Shown here piece by piece: positions 1 through 9,920 of a stretch of DNA of 64,000 nucleotides (its first letter is position 1; the number at the start of each line of letters is the position of its first letter). Location: contig JBLDXI010000015.1 in NCBI GenBank assembly GCA_047495785.1, positions 3,286,001-3,350,000 of the forward strand, in the 5' to 3' direction. Origin of the DNA: Lepidodermella squamata (Eukaryota > Animalia > Gastrotricha). The notes beneath the pieces are model-generated. The model was not told the origin of the DNA. It worked only from the letters and a program-made list of their open reading frames with translations, and did not search any database. The position numbers were made by a program, and so were the translations under genes.

Positions 1-261
1 TGGTATCGGCGCAATGACTTTGCAGTATTGTGCAGTATTGTGATTTTCATGTGACAACTAATTAGGAAGTGGTCCCTAGTTCGACTTAGTTTTTTATCGC
101 TAGTATTTAAGCCCTTGTATTCATCGATGAACAATGATCGGTTCAAGTCTTCCTAAAGGAGTATGGACTAATGCCTGGCCAAGTCTTGACATTGCCATGG
201 CAGTTTGAGAACGCTTATCGGAGGAAAGGCTAAAGTTGATAAAGATTTGATGCATTCTGGA

Positions 262-300
262 AAGAAGGATGATTCGGGCGTTTATTCCGTTAACTGATAT
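262..300 (-). pseudogene. Heavily degraded relic of the tRNA-Ala 3' half
   Basis: aaggatgattcgggcgtttattccgttaac aligns to the intact gene's tggaggatacgggcgtcgatcccgttacc (4425-4453). The upstream ~60 nt also align to 2180-2243. Confidence 0.55.
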
Positions 301-323
301 TACAAGCAACAAATTAAATTAAT

Positions 324-354
324 TAGCATAGCATAGCATAGCATAGCATAGCAT
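324..354. repeat. (TAGCA)n microsatellite, ~6 units
   Basis: Perfect gcata repeats read directly. Confidence 0.95.
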
Positions 355-485
355 TTTCTTTATTTTATCTTTTCCTTCATTAATTGATCAACAATAACAT
401 AACAAAAACAATTGAGTTCAAGTACAGAAACGAAGAAACAAAAATGAGAAGGAAAAATGATAAAATAAAATTCACTCCGGTGTAC

Positions 486-667
486 CAGTGTAGAAGATGG
501 ACATCTTGCCGAAAGGGGGATATAGGTAAGGGTCCCCCCTTATATCGTTTAAGTTTCCGCAGGGGTCAGGGAAAAAATCATAAGGGTCCCCCCTGTGGTT
601 AGGCTTCGAGCCCGAGGGCTCGAAGCAGGGACAATCCCCCCCGTCCCCCCCGCCATCTTCGACACTG
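486..667. mobile_element. 182-bp hAT-type MITE
   Basis: 15-bp TIRs cagtgtagaagatgg / ccatcttcgacactg (1 mismatch) and a perfect 8-bp TSD cggtgtac at 478-485 and 668-675. An 8-bp TSD with 5'-CAG ends is typical of hAT. Confidence 0.9.
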
Positions 668-923
668 CGGTGTACCCAATATCGCCGGGCGTGATGTAAA
701 TTTTGTTCACGCCAAGCGAACCGAGTGTCGGAGGAGGACCGGTAGCAAGCTACCTATCCTGATCGTCAACCTCAAAAACTCATCCTTACTCTGATATTTC
801 AATTTCACCAAAATAACTATGAATTTTTTGTCTCCAAGTAGTTCTATCCTGGGCCAGGGCGTCGGCCTCCTTCAACAATTAAATTAATTATAATCATCAA
901 TCGTAGAGTTATTGCTGATAAAT

Positions 924-1358
924 ATGGTACTGTTTGTCCGATCTGCTAAGGCGGCCGCGAAGAACGATGAACGTTATAAATGTCATTTTTGTGACTTCAC
1001 CCATATGACTAAGAAAGGGGTTTCGAAACACAGTCGAAGTTCGCATCCCGATGAAATTGCCAAGCTGCCGAATGCCGTGAAATGTCCATTTTGCGATGTG
1101 GCTTTCCCGAACGCCTTAAGCTTGCGAAGTCACTGCGCGGGAGCAGAGAAATGCCGTGGCCCTGAGAAACTGTGGAAATGTCGATTCTGCGATATGAGTT
1201 ACAATGAATTTGGAAAAAGGAATAGCCATGAGCGCCTGAACCACCAAGAATTGTTCGGATCGCAACCTGGTGCGCTGCAATGTTCGAAATGCAAGGATTT
1301 CGCATTGTCTAGACGAAGTCTGACCTGGCATATGAAAACTTGCGGCCTAGAACTTTGA
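924..1358 (+). CDS. Short intronless zinc-finger protein (144 aa; two C2H2-C2HC doublets), copy 1
   Basis: ATG at 924. CHFC-x12-H-x4-H, linker HPDEIAKLP, CPFC-x12-H...C, CRFC...H-x4-H, CSKC...H-x3-C. Colinear, same-length paralog at 3136-3570. Confidence 0.85.
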   Translation: MVLFVRSAKAAAKNDERYKCHFCDFTHMTKKGVSKHSRSSHPDEIAKLPNAVKCPFCDVAFPNALSLRSHCAGAEKCRGPEKLWKCRFCDMSYNEFGKRNSHERLNHQELFGSQPGALQCSKCKDFALSRRSLTWHMKTCGLEL

Positions 1359-1854
1359 CCTAGAATCTAGAGCTCTGTTAGTCTGCTCTTCTCGAACCTC
1401 TTTCGCGATATATTTAATATATTTTATCACTGAATTCGCCTTTTTTATTCTTAGATGATAGCTGGATTAAACATTTATTAGGCTGATTCAAGATGGATTC
1501 TCTCGATTGTGAAAATTGTTGCAGAAATAGCACCCACATTTCGCAAATTGAAAACTCAAAGCTGAGTTCTGATGGTTGGAAATAAATTCTGTCGTTAAAC
1601 TGTTGCAATCTGCATAGCTTTTTCATTCGGAGGCCTTTTCTGTTGGGTACGATGAGTTTCGATGCAATTTATATTAGCTTTGATTCTTTTTTGCGTAGTC
1701 TCTCTCGACTTCCATAGATGAAAATTTGGTTACTGAAATTTCTAACACAAATGATTGGATTTATCCTATGATCTCAGGATCAACCCTTGATGATGCTAAT
1801 TCCGTTTTTCATTAACCAAGGCTGAGCAGCTATTATATATGTGAATACTGTTGC

Positions 1855-1880
1855 TAATTCTGCTGGCGATTGATTTAGAA
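1855..1880 (+). promoter_or_regulatory. Candidate snRNA proximal sequence element upstream of U2 copy 1
   Basis: TAATTCTGCTGGCGATTGA starts ~57 nt upstream of U2 and is identical in both copies. Position and the TAATTC start resemble insect PSEA. Confidence 0.4.
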
Positions 1881-1911
1881 CGCGGTCAGCTCGAAGTTCG
1901 TCATCCCTTTT

Positions 1912-2103
1912 ATCGCTTCTCGGCCTTTTTGGCTATGATCAAAGTGTAGTATCTGTTCTTTGTAGTTTAATATCTACAACGGCCTCCATGTGGGGCCTAC
2001 GATATTAGCCCTATTTTTGGCTAGCCGGGCGGGAGCAGCCAGCTTGCTGGACCCCGTCCACGAGTCGGCCCGGTATTGCAGTACCTCCGGGATTCGGCTC
2101 ACC
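1912..2103 (+). ncRNA. U2: U2 spliceosomal snRNA, copy 1
   Basis: 5' ATCGCTTCTCGGCC; branch-point recognition GTGTAGTATCTGTTCTT; stem IIa TTGTAG/CTACAA with compensatory changes; stem IIb GGCCTC/GGGGCC; Sm site ATTTTTG; loop IV TATTGCAGTACC. Confidence 0.97.
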
Positions 2104-2243
2104 CCCTGAAATACGGGGGAATGAAACTAAAAACAAATTAGGAGCCGGCATTGTTCCTAGTTCTCGTTGCAAACCGATGTTTGAGAATGTCGCTAATCGG
2201 TGGAAAAGCTGAACTTGATAAATTATTGACGAAATCTGGAAAA

Positions 2244-2290
2244 TGGAGAATACGGGCCTTTATCCCGTTAACTGATGAAGCTAATAGCAG
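2244..2290 (-). pseudogene. tRNA-Ala pseudogene relic (3' half)
   Basis: tggagaatacgggcctttatcccgtta versus intact tggaggatacgggcgtcgatcccgtta, at the same position relative to U2 as the intact tRNA. T-loop mutated; anticodon and D arms unrecognisable. Confidence 0.7.
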
Positions 2291-3135
2291 GCATGAAACT
2301 TCAAAGAAATTTCTTTTTTTTAAATAGTTTGAATATTTACTGCTAGTGAATGTGAGGAACAAGTTTAGATGGTCGATTAGGTGATTAGGTGATCAGGTGA
2401 TAAGTTGATCAAAAATCGAAGGTTATAAGGTTAGAACGCCCGAGTGGGGACTGTGGGATAGCTTGGAAAGAAAAATGTAAAGTTCAGATTACCGCAGTTT
2501 CCGAAATGCAAGCCTAAGCTGCACTGCAAAGAACATCAAAGTGCCGACAAAACGGTATCTGAATATTTTATTTAGGGTAAAGTCTCCTAATGACGATTGA
2601 GGAATCAATTGTGAAAGTTTGTTTCTCTACAATCGTCGAGTCGTTTTCGAAGCGGTTTGCGCTGGGATGTGCCAAGGGTCCCCTTAATCACCCCACAAAA
2701 GCTCACTATTGAGCAAAACAGGGCCGATGAGCAACTGTTGATAAGCAGAGGTGAGCCACAATTGTGCGCCATTGGGACCGTGCGTTTTTGATACCTAACT
2801 TCAAATTTAATGTGCACAACTCATGATTTTGACCTGAAAATGGCTAGATAGGGTAAATGGTCGGTAAATTGCCAAACTGCCAGAATCGGTTCGTCGAAAA
2901 ACCGTGAATCCGAACACGGCTTGGTTATGCACTACTAACAACTTCATTCTACGACTGTATGCATGGAATAATGACAAAATCAGATCTTAAGTTGAGATGA
3001 TTGATTTAAACCCAACATTCTTATTTTGCTTTAGTAAAATTGCATTTGAATACATTTGAGGTACAAATAAAATTGCTTTATAACAATATTTCAATTTTAC
3101 TCGCATTAATCGTAGGATTTTTACTAATCAATATT

Positions 3136-3570
3136 ATGGTGCTATTTGTCAAATCTGCAAAGGCGGCCTCTAAAAGCGATGAGCCTTACAAGTGTCAATT
3201 TTGCGATTTCACTCATGCAAGTAAGAAAGCGGTGTCGAAACACAGTCGACATTCTCATCCTGATGAAGTTGCCAAGCTGCCGAATGCCGTGAAATGTCCA
3301 TTTTGCGATGCGGCCTTCCCGGACGTATTGAGCTTGCGAAGTCACTGCGCGGTGGCGAAAAATTGTCGTGGCCCTGAAAGAATGTGGAAGTGTCGATTCT
3401 GCGATCTGAGTTACAACGAATTTAGTGCTAGGAATAACCACGAACGCCTGAACCACCGAGAACAGTTGGGATCGCTTCCTGGAGCGGTGCAATGTCCGAA
3501 GTGCAAGGATTTCGTGTCAAGTAAACGAGGTCTGACCTGGCACATGAAAACTTGCGGGCTAGAACTCTAG
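3136..3570 (+). CDS. Short intronless zinc-finger protein (144 aa), copy 2
   Basis: Ungapped paralog of 924-1358 (MVLFV...MKTCGLEL) with all Zn ligands conserved. Confidence 0.85.
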   Translation: MVLFVKSAKAASKSDEPYKCQFCDFTHASKKAVSKHSRHSHPDEVAKLPNAVKCPFCDAAFPDVLSLRSHCAVAKNCRGPERMWKCRFCDLSYNEFSARNNHERLNHREQLGSLPGAVQCPKCKDFVSSKRGLTWHMKTCGLEL

Positions 3571-4078
3571 TCTAGAATCTAGGGCTCTGTTTAGTCTATA
3601 ACCGTCCACCCTCTCGTTTGATATATTATTTAATATATTTTAGTACGGACTTTGTCTTTTTTATTCTTTGTTTTTAGATATTAAACTTTATTGGGCTGAT
3701 TCAAGATGGATTCTCTCGATCGTGAAGAGATTTGAGTTTCGTTTCTCAAAGCTGATTTCTAATGTCAGCCAGATTATCACTGTCGTAAAACTTGATGCAA
3801 GTTAGATCAGTTTTGGATCTGGTATTAATTCCTCGTTTGTCCTGTATTTTCTTTTCCTTTTTTGCGTAGTCTCGAATTCCATAGATGAAAATTTGGTTAC
3901 TGACTTTTTTAACACAAATGATTGGATTTATCCTATGATCTCAGGATCAACCCTTGATGATGCTAATTCCGTTTTTTATTAACCAAGGCTGAGCAGCTAT
4001 TATATATGTAAATACTGTTGCTAATTCTGCTGGCGATTGATTTAGAACGCGGTCAGCTCGAAGTTTGTCATCTCATTT

Positions 4079-4270
4079 ATCGCTTCTCGGCCTTTTTGGC
4101 TATGATCAAAGTGTAGTATCTGTTCTTTGTAGTTTAATATCTACAACGGCCTCCATGTGGGGCCTACGATATTAGCCCTATTTTTGGCTAGCCGGGCGGG
4201 AGCAGCCAGCTTGCTGGACCCCGTCCACGAGTCGGCCCGGTATTGCAGTACCTCCGGGATTCGGCTCACC
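4079..4270 (+). ncRNA. U2: U2 spliceosomal snRNA, copy 2
   Basis: Identical by eye to 1912-2103; about 220 bp of 5' flank nearly identical. Confidence 0.97.
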
Positions 4271-4424
4271 CCCTGAAACACGGGGGAATGAAAACTAAAA
4301 ACAAATATCTATTCAGAAGATTTCAAGTGAATTTGTAAGATGGGTAAAACGATCGTAAAAGTTTTCATCTCATCACCGGAGTTAGAAGGAAAAATCACTA
4401 AAATATTGGTAAAATGTGGAAAAA

Positions 4425-4497
4425 TGGAGGATACGGGCGTCGATCCCGTTACCTCTCGCATGCTAAGCGAGCGCTCTACCATTTGAGCTAATCCCCC
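4425..4497 (-). tRNA. tRNA-Ala-AGC: tRNA-Ala (anticodon AGC)
   Basis: 73 nt: GGGGGATTAGCTCAAATGGTAGAGCGCTCGCTTAGCATGCGAGAGGTAACGGGATCGACGCCCGTATCCTCCA. G3:U70 pair, anticodon arm CTCGC-TTAGCAT-GCGAG, followed by a T5 Pol III terminator. Confidence 0.97.
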
Positions 4498-4685
4498 GGC
4501 CTGAGTATTCATAGTTTAAGACGTGTTAAGGTAGCACTAACATTAAGCTGGCCACGTTATTGTTGGCATTGTTGCGTGTTATTGTCCACAAACGACCTGG
4601 GTCTCGTTACTACACGCTCTTGGCGCGATGATACAGTTTTATTCCTTTATTAGGCGAGAATTAAAACTTATTGCATTTCCATAAC

Positions 4686-6003
4686 ATGAAAGAACACTGC
4701 GCAGTCGTTGGTTTGTCTCCTAACCTCCACGAGTCAAATAACCGGCGGTAATGTCAACTATGAGCGGAATATCCTTATTTTACTTGCTTCATTCAGTCCC
4801 GACTCAACGTTGAATATTCGCTGTCCGGAATGTCTGAAAAATAATGGAACGAATACTATTCAAGTCCTTCTAGTTTCGGTCACCTCAGAAAACAACGAGC
4901 TATATGCGACCGAATGGAACGTTCTTAATTTCACGTACAGAGCTGATTAATCATTTAATTGTTGAATTTCACCAAGTTTTTATGGCAATTTAGATCAGGC
5001 TGTGTAGGTCTGGACTTCGCTTGCAAGGAATGTTTGAATTGCACACGTTTCGCTTTGAAAATTCAACCGTCGAAAGGAGAAGAAATTAAGGCGACTGATA
5101 GCAATCAATCACTCGCATTCTCGAACATTCAGTCCTCATTTCGCCTAAATCAGTAAGTTTTAGATATTGCGTGCCAAATTTCTTAAATATTCGAAGTAAT
5201 TTAGAGCTCTTCTCCGGATGTCTTACTGCTGTCCAAAGTGTGATAGCGAGTCCGACATTTCATTGGAAATATCTGAGCGCGATTCTGCCCCGATTTTTAC
5301 TAGTTTTCGAGCTGGAAATTCTCAAGGAAACGAGTACAAAAATCTTTAATTATTGAAAAATTATTAAAAATATGTATGTCTAGGACAAACAAGCTGTTGG
5401 CTGATTTGGGGCACCGATGTGCTCTTTGTAAGCATTCTTGCAGCTTGAGTCTGAGCTTTTTCGAAAAATTGGAAAGTGATGTCACATCTCTGAGGTATTT
5501 CCTTATATTTTTCTCGAATTTTGCTCGAAATTCCCTCCTTCAGCGCTAGAACAACGACGGTAAGCGTTGCGGATAGTGGGTTATCATCAATTGCTGGAAA
5601 AAATCAACAGGAGTCTGAAAGTGATGACCCTCCGATAACTGTGAAGCGTCGGAGAAGAAAGCCGACTGAGAGTGCAACACTCGTTTCTTGTTCGTGGTGT
5701 GCTTTCACGACGCGACAGTTGAGCAATTTAAGTGTTCATACTCGCAAGTGCCACCGTGATGAACTGTTGAGCAAGCCGAGCACGTTGGTTTGCAGTCGAT
5801 GTCAAGGAATTTTCGTGAACGAGCGTGGTTTGTTGTACCATCGGCTAAAATCGAATGGAAATTGTGAGGCACTGACTAAACGGTATCGCAACAAATTTGC
5901 TGAGAAAAAATGGCCGTGTCAACGTTGCAGTTCTGGCTACATCACTGAGGCATCTCTGAAAAAGCACGTCGAGAAGTACCATCCTGTTAAAGTATGCGTG
6001 TGA
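4686..6003 (+). CDS. ZF-A: 4xCxxC N-terminal domain + 3 zinc fingers (~352 aa)
   Basis: Exons 4686-4747, 4797-4934, 4994-5152, 5205-5333, 5384-5494, 5544-6003. All GT-AG and phase 2, giving an open frame homologous exon-by-exon to five neighbours. Confidence 0.85.
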
Positions 6004-6985
6004 AGGTTGTCCGATTTATGGCTGATCTGAATCTTGAGTTGAAATTGAAATTGATCATAAAATTGATTTGACAATCCGAATTTGTTCATAACTTGTCGAG
6101 TAACATTGAATAAATTTTAAAATTAATGGAGTCAATTGATGTCTTGTTGGCTTTCATTGAAATGCTCATCTTGAACCCATTTGAGCAAAAAAGGATTTCA
6201 TGATAAAAAGGGTACCCTCAAAAGCGAAGCTTCAGAGACGCAGGCGTTGTGTTTCCACCGAATGGATTTTCCAACGCACTCAAATGTTTCAGTCACAAGT
6301 TGTGATTTTCGAAAATGCAGCTGTCATTGGGCTTGGAACATTTTCTAAACTTGAAAATAATTTATCCTCGCAATCTTCTCCTTTTAATAATTATTCTGCA
6401 TTTTTCCACAAAAATTTAACACGAAGATACCCGAGCAGCATGCGACTACGACAGAGGGGCGTGCGGGGGACTGTATGCACTGCGTGCACGCCCCCGAAGG
6501 AGTTCATATTCTTTGAAGTTTCCTAGCCACACCGACTTTCTCGGTTCTCTCTGCCTCCATCCCTTTTGCATCCTACCTCGTAGTCCGTAATTTTGTTAAT
6601 TATCCCCGAATTTATTGCGGACATTGAAAATTTGCCGGTGAAAACGCGATAATTCGATAATTTTCGGTATTTTACCGGGTTGGACCAGATTATTCCGGAT
6701 TTTTTTCTGTCTCTATTCTCATGGCATTTTGAAGCTTTGTAAGACTTTTCTGGCCGTGGGATTAGCCTTTGCCTCTCATTTTTAAGATTCTGGTCCCTCT
6801 TTCCTTTGGTTTTCCTCTGTTTAGTTATGGGACACACTGCAATTTTTACTTTCGCTCAGTAATTTCTGGATTTCAAGGATCATTTATTCAAACTCTTGCC
6901 TCGTTTCTAAACTGCCTTGCTTTGCTAGATCAATTTATGTCTCTTTTCTGATCAGCTAATTTTATAAAAAAATATAGTTTATAAA

Positions 6986-9815
6986 ATGGATCAAGGACTT
7001 TTGATTGTCGGTTTGACCCCGTATGCCGGCGATCCTATGGCGTCTTGGTAGGTCCAAATCGTAGGCCATGAATCTTATTTAATTTCCACTGCACTTTCAG
7101 TCCGGAGACTCGGTTAACGCTTCGATGCACAAACTGCTCGAATGACGCTCTGACGTCGGCTGGTAATCACCTGGTCAATGTTTCCATGTCCTCGGAATCG
7201 AACGGATTTTTCGCACGAAAGTGGAACATTCAGAATTTCGGGTAAAAAAAAGTTGCGAATTTCGGTCCTGTTTTCGAGATGTTTGTTGTCTCAAGTTCTG
7301 CTCAGATATCGTACGCCTTCATCTGTAAGAACTGTTCTGCAAATTCCGACTTCATTTTGGAGTTGAAACCAGTTCGCGCTGATGCGACGCTGGGTGACTA
7401 TATGGAGAACCCTAAACGGTCAATTTCTATGACAAACATCGAATTCGACTTCCAGCTGAATCAGTTAGTTACAGTTTTATTAATTTCCCTCTCTTCATTG
7501 GATTTTCTAAAGCTTGGATGTGAAGTCGTCTTATTCGTGCCGAAATTGCGACAACGAAGCGCCTGTCAGCATATCGATCAAGTCCAGCCTATCAGCGCCG
7601 GTTTTCCCGTTCTTCCAGGCGGAAAAGCCACTTGAAGCGGAAAATGGGTCTTTGCTTTTAAATTTTCTCAATGTTTTAATTGATGTATAATTTTAGATCA
7701 AGCGCTTTGCACGCCGAATTGGGCTATCGCTGCAATCTATGTCAACACATGTCGAAAATTGCCATAAAGTTGGTGGATATGTTGAGCAAGCGAGAAGCTC
7801 CAGTTTTGCCTCTTAGAAGGTTGGAAAATAATCACCCATTTTACATGATAAATTTGATAATATTTGATTTTAAAGAATCGTAGCTCCTGATGCTATTCCT
7901 GTAGTTCCCCTGAGGCCGATCATACCCAATTCGCGGGAAACACCCCAACCTGTTCATTCAGGCTTGAGATCTGGCAGAAATGCCGAGGCGTTCGCATTAA
8001 TACCTGCCACCCAAGTGCGAGGCTCAACTACCGCCTTGGTTCCTTTGATCTCTAACCATCAGTCGACTTTTTTGCGACCGGCTGAATCCTCGTCAACACA
8101 GGCTACAACTCCATCGCCGATTCGTAAAAGGGCTGGGAGGCCGCTGAAGGAAAAGCCGAATTCATCCGTCGGAATAGTTGAAACAAGCTCAAATGCCGTG
8201 TTGAATCAGAACCGTATGTTGCGAATTTTCTACCTGTGAAATCATGAGAATTACTAATACCTATTCAAATTTTTAAATTTTGGAAAAGGCGGTGGCTACA
8301 GTAGAAACCGAATTTTGAGGTTTTATCCGGCAATTATTGACTTGTTTTATCTGGCAATCTAAATTACGACCTTAACCATCCAAGAATAAGGTCCACTCCA
8401 AACCAATTTCCAGCTAATTTAAACAGATCCAGGATGAACTCTTTGGCCGTAGATATTATTGAGTCGAATTTGAAATTGAACTTGATTAAATTAATTAAAT
8501 TAAATTAAATTAATAATTAATAAGATAAAATAAAATAAAAATAACGAAGTGTTATTTCATACATATTTATGTAACCTAGGGCTTGGTGCTTGGTTAGGGT
8601 TCTGGGTTAAGGTTAGGATTAGGTTTGGGTCGATTTTCGATTATTTCTGAAGTTCGCCTTGCACTTCACTATTTTCAAGCGGAAAAAATTGACTACGTTT
8701 TCGGAACTCCGATTTTTGTTTGAAAAACCGAAAACTAGTCCGCTGGCATTTCCTTCACGTTTCCAGCTCGAATTAAATGAAAAGAAATACGTATGAAAGT
8801 TCAACATTTCTTAAATATTAATGAATGAAAGATTGCTCCCTTAATTTAATTTAATTTACTTTTATTTTATTTTATTAATTAATTTATTCAATTTAATTTT
8901 GTATCTTATTTTTCTATTTTTCGACTTTTAATCTTGTTTTGTTTTTCAGATGGCAATGCGAAAAATCAAACTGATCTGAAGCCTGCCAAGTCATCGACAG
9001 AATTGAAGAACCAGTGCTCGCTGTGCCCTTTCAATGTTGTTCGCCTTAACAAATTTTGGGAACATATGCGAAATGTGCATCCGCAAGAAGTCGGCAAAAT
9101 GGCGGGTTCGACGCGCTGCCCTGATTGCAACCGAGTGTTTCAAAGTGCGAAAAGTTATCTGGTCCATCGTCGTCACAAGTCTGGCTGCCGCCGGGCGCCG
9201 TTTGTACCCGCTCGTCATCACCAGCAAACTAAGCCTCATAATAATCGAAAGCGATTGCCGTGCAAGTACTGCAGCGAGTCTTTCAGTGACCATGGTACCA
9301 GGCATACTCATCAGCGTAATTATCATGCTGATGAGCTCGAGAAATTGCCTCATTTTCGGCGATGTGACAGCTGCCCGTCTTTCTTCCTGAGTGAAAAGGG
9401 GCTGGAAAGGCACAAACTTTTTTGCCCGAAACCGATTCCAGCCGCCGAATCTAACTCAAAGAAACGTCTTGAATCATCCAAGCGTCCCGCCTCCCTTCGC
9501 CGACACGAGTTCATGAGTCATGATGAGACTGCGGCTAAGTTGCGCTGTGAGGACTGTGGAAACGTTTACCACTCGAAGCTCGTGCTGAAGCTTCACCGAG
9601 GACGCTGGAAAGGCAACTGCGCTTCGGACAAATCTTTGAACCACAAGTGCCGATTTTGCGGGAATAAGCACGCGACTGCGCAGGGTAAACGCAAGCACGA
9701 AGATGGCCACTTCTTCAAAGATGCAACTACGACGAATTCGATGACTGCCAACCCGCCGGTACCTAAACCGCCTGGAACTGAGCCGATTCCGGAGACTGTT
9801 GATATCGAAAACTGA
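6986..9815 (+). CDS. ZF-B: 4xCxxC domain + AT-hook-like motif + ~6 zinc fingers (~610 aa)
   Basis: Exons 6986-7047, 7101-7241, 7296-7463, 7513-7647, 7697-7819, 7876-8213, 8950-9815 splice into one open frame ending ETVDIEN. Confidence 0.85.
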
Positions 9816-9920
9816 CTTTGATTTTTGGCGCTTGAACAATTTTTATAGATAATTTAATCGGAATTTTCCCTTTGAATTTTGAACCTTAGGAATTGGATCT
9901 TTAGATTCGATTTTATCAAC

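Noticed and set aside
15-45. ttgcagta resembling U2 loop IV at the window start
   Set aside because: Part of a 10-bp tandem duplication (tgcagtattg x2) with no stem IV or other U2 context.
384-602. 72-aa ORF with repeated KGPP
   Set aside because: Runs through the hAT MITE and reflects its internal repeats.
4309-4512. 67-aa ORF MNTQAGGLAQMVERSLSMREV...
   Set aside because: It is a translation of the tRNA-Ala gene.
6452-6496. GC-rich hairpin ggggcgtgc...gcacgcccc
   Set aside because: Looks like a lone transposon end; no partner TIR or TSD found and no evidence for an ncRNA.
8575-8630. ttaggg-like repeats suggesting an interstitial telomere
   Set aside because: Few, degenerate units inside an intron; more likely a transposon remnant.
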